Source: the human T2T-CHM13v2.0 reference genome, Homo sapiens
Length of the DNA stretch: 64,000 nucleotides
Strand: one strand, 5' to 3'
Assembly (NCBI RefSeq): GCF_009914755.1
Contig: NC_060939.1
Each line of letters opens with the position of its first letter. Position 1 is the first letter of the stretch. Made by a program: the position numbers and the translations under genes. Shown here one piece after another: positions 24,396 to 38,129 of this stretch. Under the pieces are notes generated by a model that was given only the letters and a program-made list of their open reading frames with translations, did not search any database and was not told the DNA's origin.

Positions 24396-25720
24396 AAAAC
24401 TGATATGTCCCAGGCAGTGAATGCAGCAGACCCTGATCATTTTACTTGTATTATGTACCCAGCTGACATAACAGCAACTGTTTTTAATGTACTAGATGTT
24501 CCCTTCCAGTGACTCTACTACTTCTGATGTCTTATGGGTCTTGTTTGCAAGACCCATAAGACACCGCAGAGAACATCTAGAAAGAGCTGCTCTGTACGTT
24601 AAGTCATGCTTATAGCTTGAGTATGCAAATATAGGTACCTGAGAGTATCTTTCCAAATGATTCTACAGTAGGCTGGCTAGTTCCACTTACACATGAAAGA
24701 ACAATTACTAAAAGGAAGAACATTAGAGAGTGAGCATTATTCAATCAAATTAAATATTTACTGCTACATTAGATAGCACTGTAGGAGCTGAGGTGATTCA
24801 AAGATGAGCAGGACACATACACTCCTGTTCTCAACATGCTTCTGCTTGTTGGTTGTGGCATGCAGGTATAGGTGGAGCTAAGTATCTTTAAGTAAGAGAA
24901 GGTAGGAGCTAAGAGAGAGGCATAAAATAGCGCAGGGACATAAATGAGAAAATGGGGAAGCCTTACTGGATGGGTAGCATTCTCTGAGCCATGAAGCTTG
25001 GTTAGAGATTTCACAGACTAAGTAGGAAAATGAAAAAGAAGAAGGACACATTGTTATGAAAGAAAAATAAAGCCAAGTTTGATAAGACAACTCTCCAGCT
25101 ACTCTCAGTTTGAAAGTCCCCATCTCATGCAATGGCTCTTTTGTGCTGACAAGTATTCCAGTCTGAACCTAGTGACTGCCTTTTCATCAGAAGCATCTGA
25201 CCTCACTGCTTCTCCTCCAGATGTTGATATATGAGAGTTTGTGGCACAGGCAGGGATGGGTGCTGTGTAATGTCACTTCAAGACCTACAACAGATTAGTG
25301 AAAGGAGACCTTTGAACATGGACCTCCAGCACCTCTGCAGTACTTACAAGCCCTAACTCTTCTGACTTGGAGATAACTTACCAAAAGGCCAAGCATGGGA
25401 TTAATTTATTGCCAAACTGGTTTAAAAGTGAGATCAAAAACAGACTTTAGCATTTCTTTTTTCTAATTTACCATGAGGTTGAAGTCCATCGTTTGCAATA
25501 AGAAATCACTCGTATGGACAACTGGGGTGAGAATCTCACCCTGTGTTACATTTTATGGGCTCAAAATCATGAGAGTAAGAGTTTTTCACCTTATCTTATT
25601 TGACCAAAAAGACATTTGCTCTTCTATCCATCTCATAGCAAAGACTCTCAAATTTTTTATTTTCCTTTTTTCAAAAGAGATTATGAAATGTCACATAAAT
25701 AGACTACCTCAAGTTATAGA

Positions 25721-25856
25721 TTGGGTGATCACTTAATTTATGCCCCAAACAGTGGTACTTTTTATAAAGTATTAGGTGTTCAGTTTGGATGAGATGTCAG
25801 GACATAGTCATAAAGTGAGACTTTCCTGAGCAAACCAGGATATATGGGTACTCTAA
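25721..25856. mobile_element. MER94-like hAT-Blackjack MITE
   Basis: gggtgatcacttaatttatg...gcaaaccaggatatatgggtactct termini. Confidence 0.55.
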
Positions 25857-26418
25857 TCATTATAGAGAGAAACACATTGAGGAAACAAAGTAAATTTTCA
25901 AACTGGGTTAAAATGAAAAGTACCATCATATTTGGAAAGCATCGCTGGGAATCATACTGTTAGGCATGGTACTTCTGCAATTATTGAAGAGGAGGGAGCA
26001 ATTTTCATCATCCACATTATATTTCATTGAGGAGTTGGAATCTAATTTTCTATCCTTGGCATATTTTAGTATCCTTGCGACAATGAAATATAGGCGAAGC
26101 TTTGAAATTTTGATTTCTGGTGCTTTCCCTTCGCTCCCTGAAAGAGAGTTCTTATCAATTAACATGCCTCCCATTGCCATGAGGTCTGGTGGGAGGTGAA
26201 AAATGCAGCACATTACTCACATGGATTTTTCTAATACCAAATCCATCATTCAGATTACATTCAGATTATTGGAATTGTGAATGTTTGACTAAGTTTAATG
26301 TTATCTATTGTCATATCATAACAATGTTTTCTATGCTTTATTTATGCTCTTCTTATTTTTTTTAAATTGTGTTTTTACTGTGGATGCCTCCACCAGCTCA
26401 CAACACAAACTAGCTACT

Positions 26419-26421
26419 ACA

Positions 26422-26459
<38 letters not shown>
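26419..26459. repeat. (CA)n microsatellite
   Basis: Direct reading. Confidence 0.95.
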
Positions 26460-26460
<1 letters not shown>

Positions 26461-26474
26461 TATTGGTTGTGGCA

Positions 26475-27280
26475 AGCAGGTGGATCACTATACATCCACA
26501 GTGATATGGACCTGAGCCCAGACTCCATAGATCATCTGACCTCCATAAGCCCCTACTTTAATAAGTATCCCATAGACTGGCATTTTGGGTCTCCAGGAAT
26601 TAGTGTCACTCCAGAGCCATTGTCCAGTAATCCCTTTCCTCAATGCACAGTCACCCTGTTAAATGGCCGCAGCCCCCTTGCAGAAGACTGAAGGGCACAA
26701 TGCACAGGATAAATTGGTGTAATAGGGCCTTTCTTCAAAGGGATCCAGCCTCCACCTTCATTCAAGGGTTTTGGGTCTGCAAACTGTCCCAGTACTGGGA
26801 ATGTACAACTCTCTATTGTGGTAATTCAAGTCTGACTTCCTGTTACCAAACCTAGAGCTTTTTCATTTACACCAATCAAGTAAGGCTTTAGTTGTCTCCT
26901 ATCTCTTTCAGTTCTAGAGATATCATGATCAGCTACACAACACTAATCTCTGTGGGTCGAACTATTCTGATTGCCGTTTTGGCTCTGTTGCTCTTTCTAC
27001 TAACCATGCTCACCATCATCTCCATAGTATCCAGAGATTCTAGTTTGATGGCAGCACTTCCTACTACCCTCTGAGCTACAGAGAATAGCACAACGAAACA
27101 CTTTGGAAGATGCTGGGGCTTCTTTCATAAATGTAGTTCTCACAGGCTTGGTAAAGGGAGTATAGTCTGGAACTTCCCAGGGGGCATAGTGAGAGGGCAA
27201 GTGAAGTTCTTAGGTAATAAATACGCTTGAGCATTCCAATCTCCCTAAGACTTTGGGCACCTTCTAAACTCAATGACCCA
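26475..27280 (-). mobile_element. ERV-L internal fragment, decayed gag to protease
   Basis: Minus-strand translation LRPFNRVTVH*GKGLLDNGSGVTLIPGDPK (ERV-L protease LLDTGS motif); ORF 27000..27200 DYTPFTKPVRTTFMKEAPAS matches ERV-L gag. Confidence 0.85.
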
Positions 27281-27490
27281 AAGTCATACCATAAGAATCT
27301 AAATGAAGATGAGCAAAAAACCAAGGTAAGTAAAAGTAAGGAAATAAAAAATAATAAATATTTAAATGTAATAATAAATAATAAAATAACAAATATTTGA
27401 ATAAATAATAAATAAAATTGGGAAGAAACAATTGAGAAATTTAACAAATGAGTAATATTTAACTGTAAAAATGAATGTAGACTATCATTA

Positions 27491-27649
27491 CAGATGCTCG
27501 TTATCTTATAATAGTTATATCCAGATAAACCTAATGTAAATCAACTTATGGTAGCTTATCTAGATGTAAGTGTAATGAATGTGTATTGCTTTTGCAACAT
27601 CGTAAAGTTAAACTAGCATCAGTTGAACCATCTAAGTTGGAACTGGCTG
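27491..27649. mobile_element. MER47/Tigger5-like MITE
   Basis: ta|cagatgctc...ggctg|ta with TA target duplication; gaaccatctaagttgg terminus. Confidence 0.7.
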
Positions 27650-27654
27650 TATAT

Positions 27655-29900
27655 ACTACTATGGAACAATCTTTAGGATATAGTTATATGTAAAAGAAAT
27701 CGAGGTAAAAATGTGTGTATACTATGCGACTATTTAAGGAAGAAGGGCTTACAAAAATACACATGCACTTTATTAAATTTATTTAAAAAACAATGGAAGG
27801 GCAAGCCATTAAACACGGGGAAAGAACAGAATAAGCTAGAATTGACAGGAATAGGGGGATTTTTCTTGAGGAATTTTACTTTAGAATCTGCTAAACTGTT
27901 TACATAAATATTAAAACATAACTAAGTTATAAGAAAAGTCTTTTAAAAGACCTTAAACTGGTTTCCATAATCATTTCTATTGATAGTTTCAGCTTTTTTA
28001 ATTATCTGTTTTATATGGTATATATATTTGCTAAAACAAATGAGTAATTATCTGAGTGTCACTGAGAACTGTGGCTTTTGACATGGGATAAAGGAGATAC
28101 ATATGTAAGATCAGTGAGGTTAAGTAAAAGTACTGTATTCCTGAATTTGAATTAGAAGTATCAGTACGGATTTGTGATGATTCCAGCTTTATTAAAATAT
28201 ACGTATTTCTTAATGACTTCCACTAATGATAGATTCTCTTTCCAGGAACCAATCTTCTTATCAATAACAACTAGAAAAGTTAGACAAAATATCGAGAACA
28301 TCCATTCAAAGAGAACACATCAGACAGCTTTCAAAGGTGCCAGGACTGAAGAAGAAAAAATTTCAGAGTAGGAAAGCCCACAAAGTGAGATATTCTACAG
28401 TATTGTGCCTTTTGAGGAATTTGCTGATTTTTAAGGGATTTGGGAGCGAGAGAAAAGCAGAGCAAAAAGTGATAGTTCGGTGGTTAGGAAGCCGAGATAC
28501 AGTTTTTTCAGTATTGTGGTGCTGGGGAAACACAAATTGGAGGTGAGGGTGGGATAAGTAGGAAGAGTGCTGTTATTAATTCTAGACTTTCAGTTAAGAA
28601 TCCTTAAAAAGCTATATTTTAGTATATTTTAGTAATAGACTGGCACACAGAAAAGAGCACGACCAAACTTCAAACAAGCTCTGTCAGTCCCACTCATGGA
28701 ATAAGGCAATCTGTTCCTATTTACCAGCACTTTAAAAGTAAAAAGCTTCTCTGGGAAAAGATAACAGCAACCAGAGCTTTGTTATCACTATAATTTTGTA
28801 TATGTCTGGTATTCAATAAAAAAATTAACAGGCATAGAAGAATACAGGATCAAATGACCAAAAAACGAAGAGAAAACAGAAGTAGATCAATAGGCAATAG
28901 AGATATCAGATAATTCAGACACCGACATTAAAGTAACTGTGATTCATAACTCAAGAAAAGAAATGACAAGATAGAGGAATTCTTCAAAGAGTTTGAACCT
29001 ATTAAAAATGACAATTCTAGAATTAAAATATAATATATATAATTGTAGTAATATAATTGAAATTATGGACTGAATAGGTGGGTTTAACAGGAGATTAGAC
29101 ACAGAAGAAGACAGATTTGTAAAATCAGAAGGTAAATCAATATAAAATATCCATACTTAAGGACAAAGAGGAAAAAAATTTTAGTACAGAGAAACTAACA
29201 AGAGTATTAAAAAATGCCACAGTATCTATGTCTAACAAATGTATAATTGGAGCCTTAGAATGAGAGAAAAAAACGGTGCAGAAGCAATATTGGTAGACAT
29301 ACTAGCTATAAATTTTCAAAAAACTGAAAAACATCAATTCTCAGATTTAAGAAGCTCTACAGACTCCAAGCTGTTTAACAAGAAAAGCATACCAAAATAG
29401 ACTTAATAGTTAAATTGCTAAAAAGCAATGAAAAGAAAAAAATAATTAAAGCTGACAGAGAAAAAGAAAATGACATTACTTTCAAAGGAGCAACAATAAA
29501 ACTGATACTTGACTTTTCAAAATAAATCATGGAAGCAAGAAAAAAGTTTATAGTTCTGAAGGTAACTGCCAACCTAAAATTATATAGCCGATGAAAATAT
29601 CCTTCAAACATAAATGTGAATAAAGATGTTTTTGCAAAACAAAAAATTGAGAGCATTTATCATTTTGAAAAAACACGCTTAAACTTTGTAAAAGTTTATT
29701 GCATAAAATTATATATCAATAACTCTAATTAAAAAGAAAAAGAAACTATTAAAGGGAATTCTTTTGGTAGAAGAAAAATGGTCCCAGAGGAAAACATGAA
29801 TATATGGGAAAAACTGAAGAACACTAAAAAGGATAAACCTGTGGGTAAATCTAAATGAATACTGATTGCACAAAATAGTAATTTTAATATCTTATATGGA
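27655..29900 (+). mobile_element. Ancient L1M fragments including decayed 5' region/ORF1
   Basis: A-rich; ORF1-like tgtataattggagcc, ttcaaaggagcaacaataaaactgata, aaaatatccttcaaa. Confidence 0.75.
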
Positions 29901-30019
29901 TATTTAATATCTTATATGGATATATATATATCTTCTATGGTAACCACTATGAGCAGATTATAAAAACATAGAATAAGCTAACATTTTAAAATAAAATACT
30001 ATTATATATTCTAACAGTT

Positions 30020-31000
30020 GGGAAATCTTTCATTATATTTATTCTTAGGTACCCTTTTTGTTGCTATTATAAATTATATATGTATATTGTTGCTAGTATA
30101 TGAACATATAATTGTTTCATGTAGTAATTTATGTCTACCCAACTAGTTAAACTCTCTTCTTCATAATAACAATTTTTGTGGAATTTTTGGAGCTTCTATA
30201 TTGGCAATTATATTATCTGTGCATAATGAGAGTTTTTTCTCTCTTGTTTTTATTTCCTATTTATTTCTCTTGTTTTACCATGTTTGCTAGGATCTTGAAG
30301 ACAATGGTGAATGGAAGCAGGGTCTCTGGACATATGTCTTATTTCTGATATTCAAGAGAATTCTTAGGATAATATTTGTAGTTTTCTGTTAGTGAGGTTA
30401 ACAGAGTTCCTTTGTATTTCTAATTTACTAAAAATAATTTTATCATGAATCTTATAAAATGTTTATGCATCTACTCAAATCATTTATTCTTACTTATCTA
30501 TTAATATAGTGAATTACACTAATCGATTTTTCTAAAGTTAAACCAATCTTGAATTACTGAAACAAACTCAACTTGGTAATGATCTATTATATTTTTAATA
30601 TATTGCTAAATTCCATTTCCCAATATTTTGTTTCTGATTCTTGCATCTATGTTTTATAAATGAAATTGGCCTGTAACCATTCTCTCTTGTAATGTCCTTG
30701 ACAAGTTTTGACATTAAGACTATATCATTTTTACAAAAGAAGATGAGGGGTTAGTTTTCACTCTATTTCTAATTTCTGGAGGAATTTGCATATAGCTGCA
30801 AGAATCTGTTTATTAAAAGTTTTTAAAGCTTATTTGTAATATGTTTTGGGCCTAGAGTTTGTTTAATGGGAATGTCAATATTAATTTTTTAAATTTCTTT
30901 TTCAGTACATTTCGTTAAGTATATTTTTCTAGAAGTGTTTTTTTGTGTTTTCAAATTGTACACATTTTAAATTTGTTGAAGTGAAGCTGTTTATTTTATT
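30020..31000 (-). mobile_element. Ancient L1M ORF2 fragment
   Basis: T-rich; taaaccaatcttgaatt, gaaattggcctgtaa are L1 ORF2 antisense motifs. Confidence 0.7.
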
Positions 31001-31534
31001 CTGGAATTCCTATTGAAGTTTTATCTTTGAAATCTTATTTTCTTGTGAAGATGAGATTCCTTGTTGGCTCACTTTGCCCACACAGATTTTTGTTTAGCCA
31101 TCATCATGAATCTGCAGCACCTTCAAGTGTATTAGCTTTATATGGAATTTTAAGGTTTAGCTCCTACTTTGCACAAGTCTAAGTCTTTCATTTCATATAC
31201 TATCATTTATTCCCAACTTCTAGGATTTGGTCAATGGCATTTCCCGTGAGGGTAATCCCTATGTCTCTGTTCTTAATGCTCTAGTTTGAACTGTCTTTTA
31301 GAAATTTCTCTTGCTTTGTAGTGAGCACCACGATGCATAAGTAAATGTGTTGTGGTTCATACGTCATCTGCGTTTATACATTTGCAGAGGAAAGGCTTTT
31401 CAAAATTTTCAGTCTAACATATTTCTAGAAGTTGAAGCCTGATCTGTTTTATATCAACCTTAGGTAAATCACATCACCTCTCTGAGCCTTACTTTCCTAA
31501 TTTTTAAAATGGTATACCCATATCTATAACTTAC

Positions 31535-31906
31535 TGATATGGTTCGGCTTTGTGTCCCCACCCAAATCTCATCTTGAATTGTAATCCCCACGTGTCAAGG
31601 GAGGGGCCTGGTGGGAGGTGATTGGATCTGGGTGTGGTTTCCCCCATGCTGTTCTCATGACAGTAAATGAGTTCTCATGAGATATGATGGTTTAAACGTG
31701 TTTGGCAGTTCCCCCCGACCCCATCTCTCTTTCTTTCTTGCTTCCATGTAAGATGTGCCTTGCCTCCCTGTTGCCTTCTGCCATGATCGTAAGTTTCCTG
31801 AGACCTCCCTGGCCATGTGAAACTGTGAGTCAATTAAACGTCTTTTCTTTGTAAATTATCTGGTCGCAGGTAGTTTTGTATAGCAGTGTGAAAATGGACT
31901 AATACC
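31535..31906 (+). mobile_element. MSTA/THE1D-type MaLR solo LTR inserted into a MIR
   Basis: tgatatggttcggctttgtgtccccacccaaatctc...tgagtcaattaaac...ggactaatac; 5-bp TSD cttac/cttat. Confidence 0.92.
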
Positions 31907-34279
31907 CTTATTTACCTCTTGAACTGGATGAAAGGATCAAATGAATGTCACATAGTGAGCATTGAATAAAGGCTAGTCCTATAGGGTTACCTATAATAAA
32001 AAAACTATATGTAGTTTTCCCACATGGTTATATGCAATCTCTTCCATGATGCCTTATTTCTAAGTTCTTAGGCTTTGGGTTCATATTTTCTCAGACTTTA
32101 GGTGAGAAATCTGGATTGATTTCTATAGGAGATCATGTTTCTTTTTAGTACACCCTGCAAAATGCAGGCATTCTGCTTCTCTAGCCTGAAAGTCTCTGTC
32201 CATGCATGTTGTCTGCTGAGTTCTCTCAAACATAGCCAGCAGTCTTTCACATAGCATTACGATTGAAAAGAGCATTTTAAAATCTTTTAGGCTAAAGGAC
32301 TTTCTGCTTGAGTCTATGCTGAAGATGCACTATCCACCGTGGGGCAGCATCATGACAATTCTTACTTAATCTTTAACATGCCTGTGAGATACACAGGGAA
32401 GTATTATTACTCCTACATTACAGATGTGAAAGTTGAGGTGCAGAAAAGTTAAATTGTGTATCTTGGGCCATTAGATTTGAAGAGCTTCACATTATTCTGA
32501 CCCTTATTTTGTGGTTGAGACAGTATCTCCAGTCAAGTCAGGGCATTCCCTTTTCCCCTTCGGTTTCCAGCCCTATACTTTGGCCCTGCAACTATGATGG
32601 ATTTGTAAAAAATTGGATGACTGCTAAGGAGAGGGATTTGGAGAGTAGATGAGATGTATGCAAATCTCTAAGTGCACAAATGATGATTGATAGAAGTTCT
32701 AATATGTGAATTAGCTGTAAATGTATTTTTGTGATTCAATTTGGGTTGGACGCTCTAACCTTAGAGGGTCTAAGTAATGAGGCATTAAATTCACTGCTAT
32801 TTCTTCAAACCACCACGAAACATAACTACATGTCAAAAAAATAATCAGATAATGATAGCTGTTTTATGGGTGGTATTTTTAATATCATTATTGCCATTGC
32901 AAACCCAAGCAAAATGAATATGATCATTTCAGCAAAATCCCTGGTGAGTAATAGTGTCCATTCAGAGGCAAAGCTCACATCTTAGAATGTCTGTCTGTCC
33001 ATGGCTGTTTTAAAAGGGGCTTATGGCTGTGTAAGTTATGTTTCGCAGATTGAGGAGGGCTTTTCTGAGTTAAAATGTCTGATTTGGCCATTCAGGGTTA
33101 ACTGGTAAATGAAAATGAAGCTGAAAAACTTGGTTTGAGGATCCAAAGTGTTCCTCTACCTTTTTCTCTAAGAGAGTTGTCAGCTCTGCCTATTCTGAGA
33201 GTCAACTTAAACTTATTTTATTATCTGTCTTGTTTGGCCTCATTTCTGGGTTCTCTCACTCTCTCTCTAGCCATATATAAACTTGTGACCTGATTTCACA
33301 CTAGCTTCCTAGTTCTGACCTTGAACTCCAATAGAATCTTGGTCCCAGTAAGACCTCCCTGAAACCTCCCATGAAAACCCTAGACAACAGGCTGCACAAA
33401 CAGGACCCCAGCTCATCAACTTTGCTTTGGACAGGTGCACATAAGCTCCAACCTCCATCTGTTAGGGTAAGAGGAGCAGACTAGAAGGGTCCTTTTCTTC
33501 TCCCTGGCTTAGTATTTAACCAGTGCTTACTTTCTTCCTTCCCTCGTGCACGCCTGCTGCTCTCAGAACTGTCCTTATCTCTCTGGTACACATGACTGAT
33601 AATTGTACATGGTGGCTCTTAACCTTTTTAACCACCAAGGACCCTATTTATTACTTACTCTCCATAAATGTAATGTTTTGAGATTTTTCTCTACCAAGCT
33701 TTATTATTAATCCATTTTTAGATTTCTTCATTCATCAAATACATACACAAATGCCAATCAGGTTTTATCAGTACAAGATAACCGCACTTACCACACTGAC
33801 TTGATGTCATCATTCCAGCCAAAAGCAAAGAAACTGAAATTATAGTCTGCTTTTGTAGCCTTATCAATATTTTCCTTTCAGCTTTTTTATACTGGAATCT
33901 TTCCTCATAAGTTGCGCCTACTGACTATTGTTTCTCCTCTCAGAGGGAGTTCATGTGAACAGAAGAAAAATCTTCAAGAAAGAGAGAGAAAACTCAAAAG
34001 GGGAAAGATAGCAGTTGCTAGGGAAAGATCTCTTGGAACATTGGGAACTTCTTGGGCATCGAAAAGAATTTCTATAAAGCTATAAACTTAGATCTTCAAT
34101 TAGCCTGTGAGCTAACAAAAAGCACCTAAGAAAAATCAAATAGGACAAATTTCATGATCACTGGACATTGTAAATGTTGCTAATCACATGTCTGACATGG
34201 TCAGAGTTAATAGTGAGATGACAACCAGGTCAACAAGACAGTGATTAAAGAGGAGGATGGTAGTGAATAGGGATTCTAT

Positions 34280-34545
34280 TTTAATTGACAGGGGGCTGGG
34301 AGAGTAATGCATCAGGTGATTCTGTTATGCAACTAGGGTTGAATATCACTGCATATAATTGGTCTTTAGGCCACTGGTTCTCAAAGCATCAGAATTACCT
34401 GGAGGACTTGTTAAACTGTAAATTATTGGGCCCTTGTTCCAGAGTTTCTGACTCAGCAGGAGTGGGATAGGAGCTAACCTTGCCCTTCCAACAGGCTCTC
34501 TGGTGGTGTTAGTGCTGCTGGTCTAGGGGCTACGTGTTGAGGCCT
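34280..34545. mobile_element. MER5A/B fragments
   Basis: gttctcaaagcatcagaattacctggagg...gtttctgactcagcagg. Confidence 0.7.
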
Positions 34546-34720
34546 AAGGTAGTTATTTACATGTCGGTTTCCCACTAGACTGCAAGCGCCATGAAAGACA
34601 ACTGGTCTTCTTCAATTAGTAGCGCAATGCCTGGCACATACTGAACACTTAAAAGATGTCATTGTATTACAGTATATTCAATTTCTGGTACAACTCAGTA
34701 CTATATGAGTTTGGGGATCA

Positions 34721-35123
<403 letters not shown>

Positions 35124-38100
35124 CAGATCTTGAGTTGTCATCATCCCCATCAAGGTTTTCAGGCTGAATTTCATTGTTCAAGAGACTCAGCCTGAAAACC
35201 GAACAGCTCAACTGTTTTCATCAACTGTGCTGTACTCTCCGTTTTAAAGACATCAGATATCTATCTATCAGCACTATTTTTTTTTTTTGCTAATCACTTA
35301 TTGCAGGCAAATTATTTATATCTTGGATTTTTGTTATTTAGTTGGACAATGAGGTTTTGGACAGGTGGATGGAAAAAATTTGTCCTGATTTTAAAAATAA
35401 ATTACACAGCCTAACAGATATCATAAACATTCCTGCTTTCTTCTCTACTAGGTTCAATAAACATGTTTTTAGGAGTTAACCAGAACCTTCCTCATTTAGC
35501 AAAGCATTACCGACCATGCAGTATCTGTGTTCAATCCATGAAGCATTAAGTCAGGGAATACATGGATAAGCAAGAGCCAGCCCTGGTCACCCAGAGCCCA
35601 CAGGTCGCCTAAGCTTGGTAGGGGCTGAAAGTGGTTTTCAATCACCTGTGCTGTTTAGAGCAGTGTGAGGGGAGGCCAGGGAAAAGGTGGGGCAACAGGT
35701 GGGGACAGAAGAGGTCCCACCATAGAAAGTAGACAGTTTTACTCCTCACGGAGTGAATGCTTGTAAGGATGCTTTTAATAAAGAAAAATGAAAAGGGGGC
35801 TTCTTAGGATCCAAATGATGAGAAAGTCCCATTTAAGAAACACAAGGAACCAATATATTTCCTTCATAAAATTTAGCTGTTGTTTCGTGAGGCTGAAAAG
35901 TGAGACTCTGGGATCCTCGGGATTTTTGTTGGTTGGTCTGTGCCTGTATCCCCCAACCCTAAATACCACACAAACCACCCAACTTCCCTCCACATATATG
36001 CATCACACACCCATCGAGTTCCCTCCTGGAATTTTTTCGAGTGGATCCTTTGTTTGCTCTGCTGTGCACCCCAGTGTCAGTGTCACTTACTTACCTGCAG
36101 ATATTAAGGAAAAGGAAGTAATTACAGTCTGGAAAAAGCACATTTATAGGCACTTTACATGTACATTCAAACCCTTCCCCCAGCAAGTCTTGCCTTTGGC
36201 TGCCTCTAGATAGGGAAGCCAGTTTAAAGCCATTGTGTGCGTGTGTGTGTGTTCAATTGTAGCTTCAGAATATACTTACACATTTAGAATCCTGTCTTAG
36301 CTTTGCCTTCTGTTAAAACAAACAACAATTGTGATACTCTGATCTTTAAATGTGGGATATTACTTTCGAAAAAAGATTTATCAAGCCTCGCAAATAAAAC
36401 TCCTTGGGTTTTTATGGCTTGCAAATGATACATTCTCTTGTAAAACAAGTTTGTTTTTGTTTTTTTTTTTCTAAAAAAAAAAAACCCTCATTGATTTTTA
36501 GATGGGCTTGTGGTTAGGGTACACACATTGATTTCTATTCAGGAATACCTCTGGAGCTCTCTTTAGATGGGCCAGTGTGCTTGTCTTACTAATAGAGCTA
36601 TGGTGAGATAATTTACATCTAAACAGGATATTTTTACTTTATTATCGAGCATGTTTTAGATTATATTTTTCTGAATCATTCTTAATCTTAAATGAAAGGA
36701 AGATGTGCATTTCTGCTCTTTTCTTGATTTCCAAGCTGAATATTTTGCACGTCTTTTTCTTATCAGAAATTATATTCTATAAAAAGCACATCTTTTCCTT
36801 TCTTCACTGTGTCTGTGGAAATTTCCTATTTTTCTGCACATCTGTGTTATCTTTGTAGGTGCCTGATGAGGGGTTGACTTTCATCCTAAAAAGCATTTCA
36901 TTTTAAAATAGTTATTTATTTACCCTCTGAACAGAAACATGGAAGAGCGATTCACGTAGCTTAAATGTTAATTCAACGCGAGAACAAGATGTGAGGAGAG
37001 ACAAAAACACAAGATGAACAAAGACATTATCTCACGAATTTTGTTTGGAGCAGTGCAGTGTAGAAGGATAATTGTATCCCTGTCCAAGGGTCGTTGTGAG
37101 CATTAAATTAATTAATATACATAAAGCAATTCTAAGAGTGCTGGACCCTGTAAGTGCTCAATCATTGTTAGCTGGCGTTACTCTTATCTGAAAAAATAAA
37201 AGATAGAACTTAAAATAGCACTGACACCCACTATTTTGTGGGAGGAATCTGGTGAAGGATTATAAATACCTGATTTCAAGTTGATTTTAAATGCTCCACT
37301 CCCTTGCTTTTTAACCCTCCATTATTCTAGATAGAAGTCAATATATTTTTCCTGCTCAGTTGCTGTCCACATGGGAAACAAAACAGCCTCTCCCCCTCCC
37401 CACTGCCCACCCTATTAAGGAGATGGTGGCCTCTAAGGCAGACACAAAACAAATAATGATAATAAAAAAATCCTTTCTTGAGGCCATCCTTTCACAAGTC
37501 CGGGTTTGTTGTTGACTGGTCAGTAGTTTATCAGTCAGAGGGTCCTAGGTTTGGGGCTACATAAGCAACCCTCTCTCCAGCAGTATGACTCTCTGTTAAT
37601 TGGAATGAGAAGTTAATCTCTCTCATACTGAACCCAGCTGAGTCTCTGAGAGCAATGATGTATTTAAAAGATCTCTGGCAGTCCAGGGCATGTGGCACTA
37701 ACCGGATTTAGCTCATTAGCAAATCCGCAAGGCCCTGCTGACACTGCACCCAGAATAAAATACATGAGGCCAGCCCATACCCTGTGGGCACCTACAGCAT
37801 GACTACATAATAAAAAAGCATTTATTAATAATCTCATTGGTCACACAATACAAAGGAAGGCTACAAGAAGTCAAATGCTGTCATTTGTCGTGACTAGAAA
37901 GGCATAATTAAAATAAGTGCCATGTGATTAACCTCTGAAAAATTAATCTGGTATAAAAAAAAGGCACAAAAACAAGGAACATAGGCTCTTAAAGTGAATT
38001 TAATACAATAGGCAGCTGTTGTATGCACTTGGATCAAATTCCATGTGCTTGTGAAACGTTAACATCACTGACAGCAAAGAGCAATTAGCGAAGTTAGGAG

Positions 38101-38129
38101 GCAGGTTGTCTATTATTAAAGATAACAGC

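Noticed and set aside
26040-26140. KLRLYFIV / GKAPEIKI resemblance to mononegaviral L polymerase (KERELK...LRLYFV), i.e. an endogenous viral element
   Set aside because: Needs a ~9-residue gap removing the conserved GRFF motif and shows no downstream polymerase motifs; too short to support. A tblastn/HHpred search would settle it
35788-36213. 141-aa ORF (also 51467-51901, 43558-43932, 60259-60588) as novel microproteins
   Set aside because: No recognisable domains, promoter context or codon bias; lengths are within chance for six frames of 64 kb
36450-36485. Poly-T followed by poly-A hairpin
   Set aside because: Low-complexity homopolymer adjacency, common by chance
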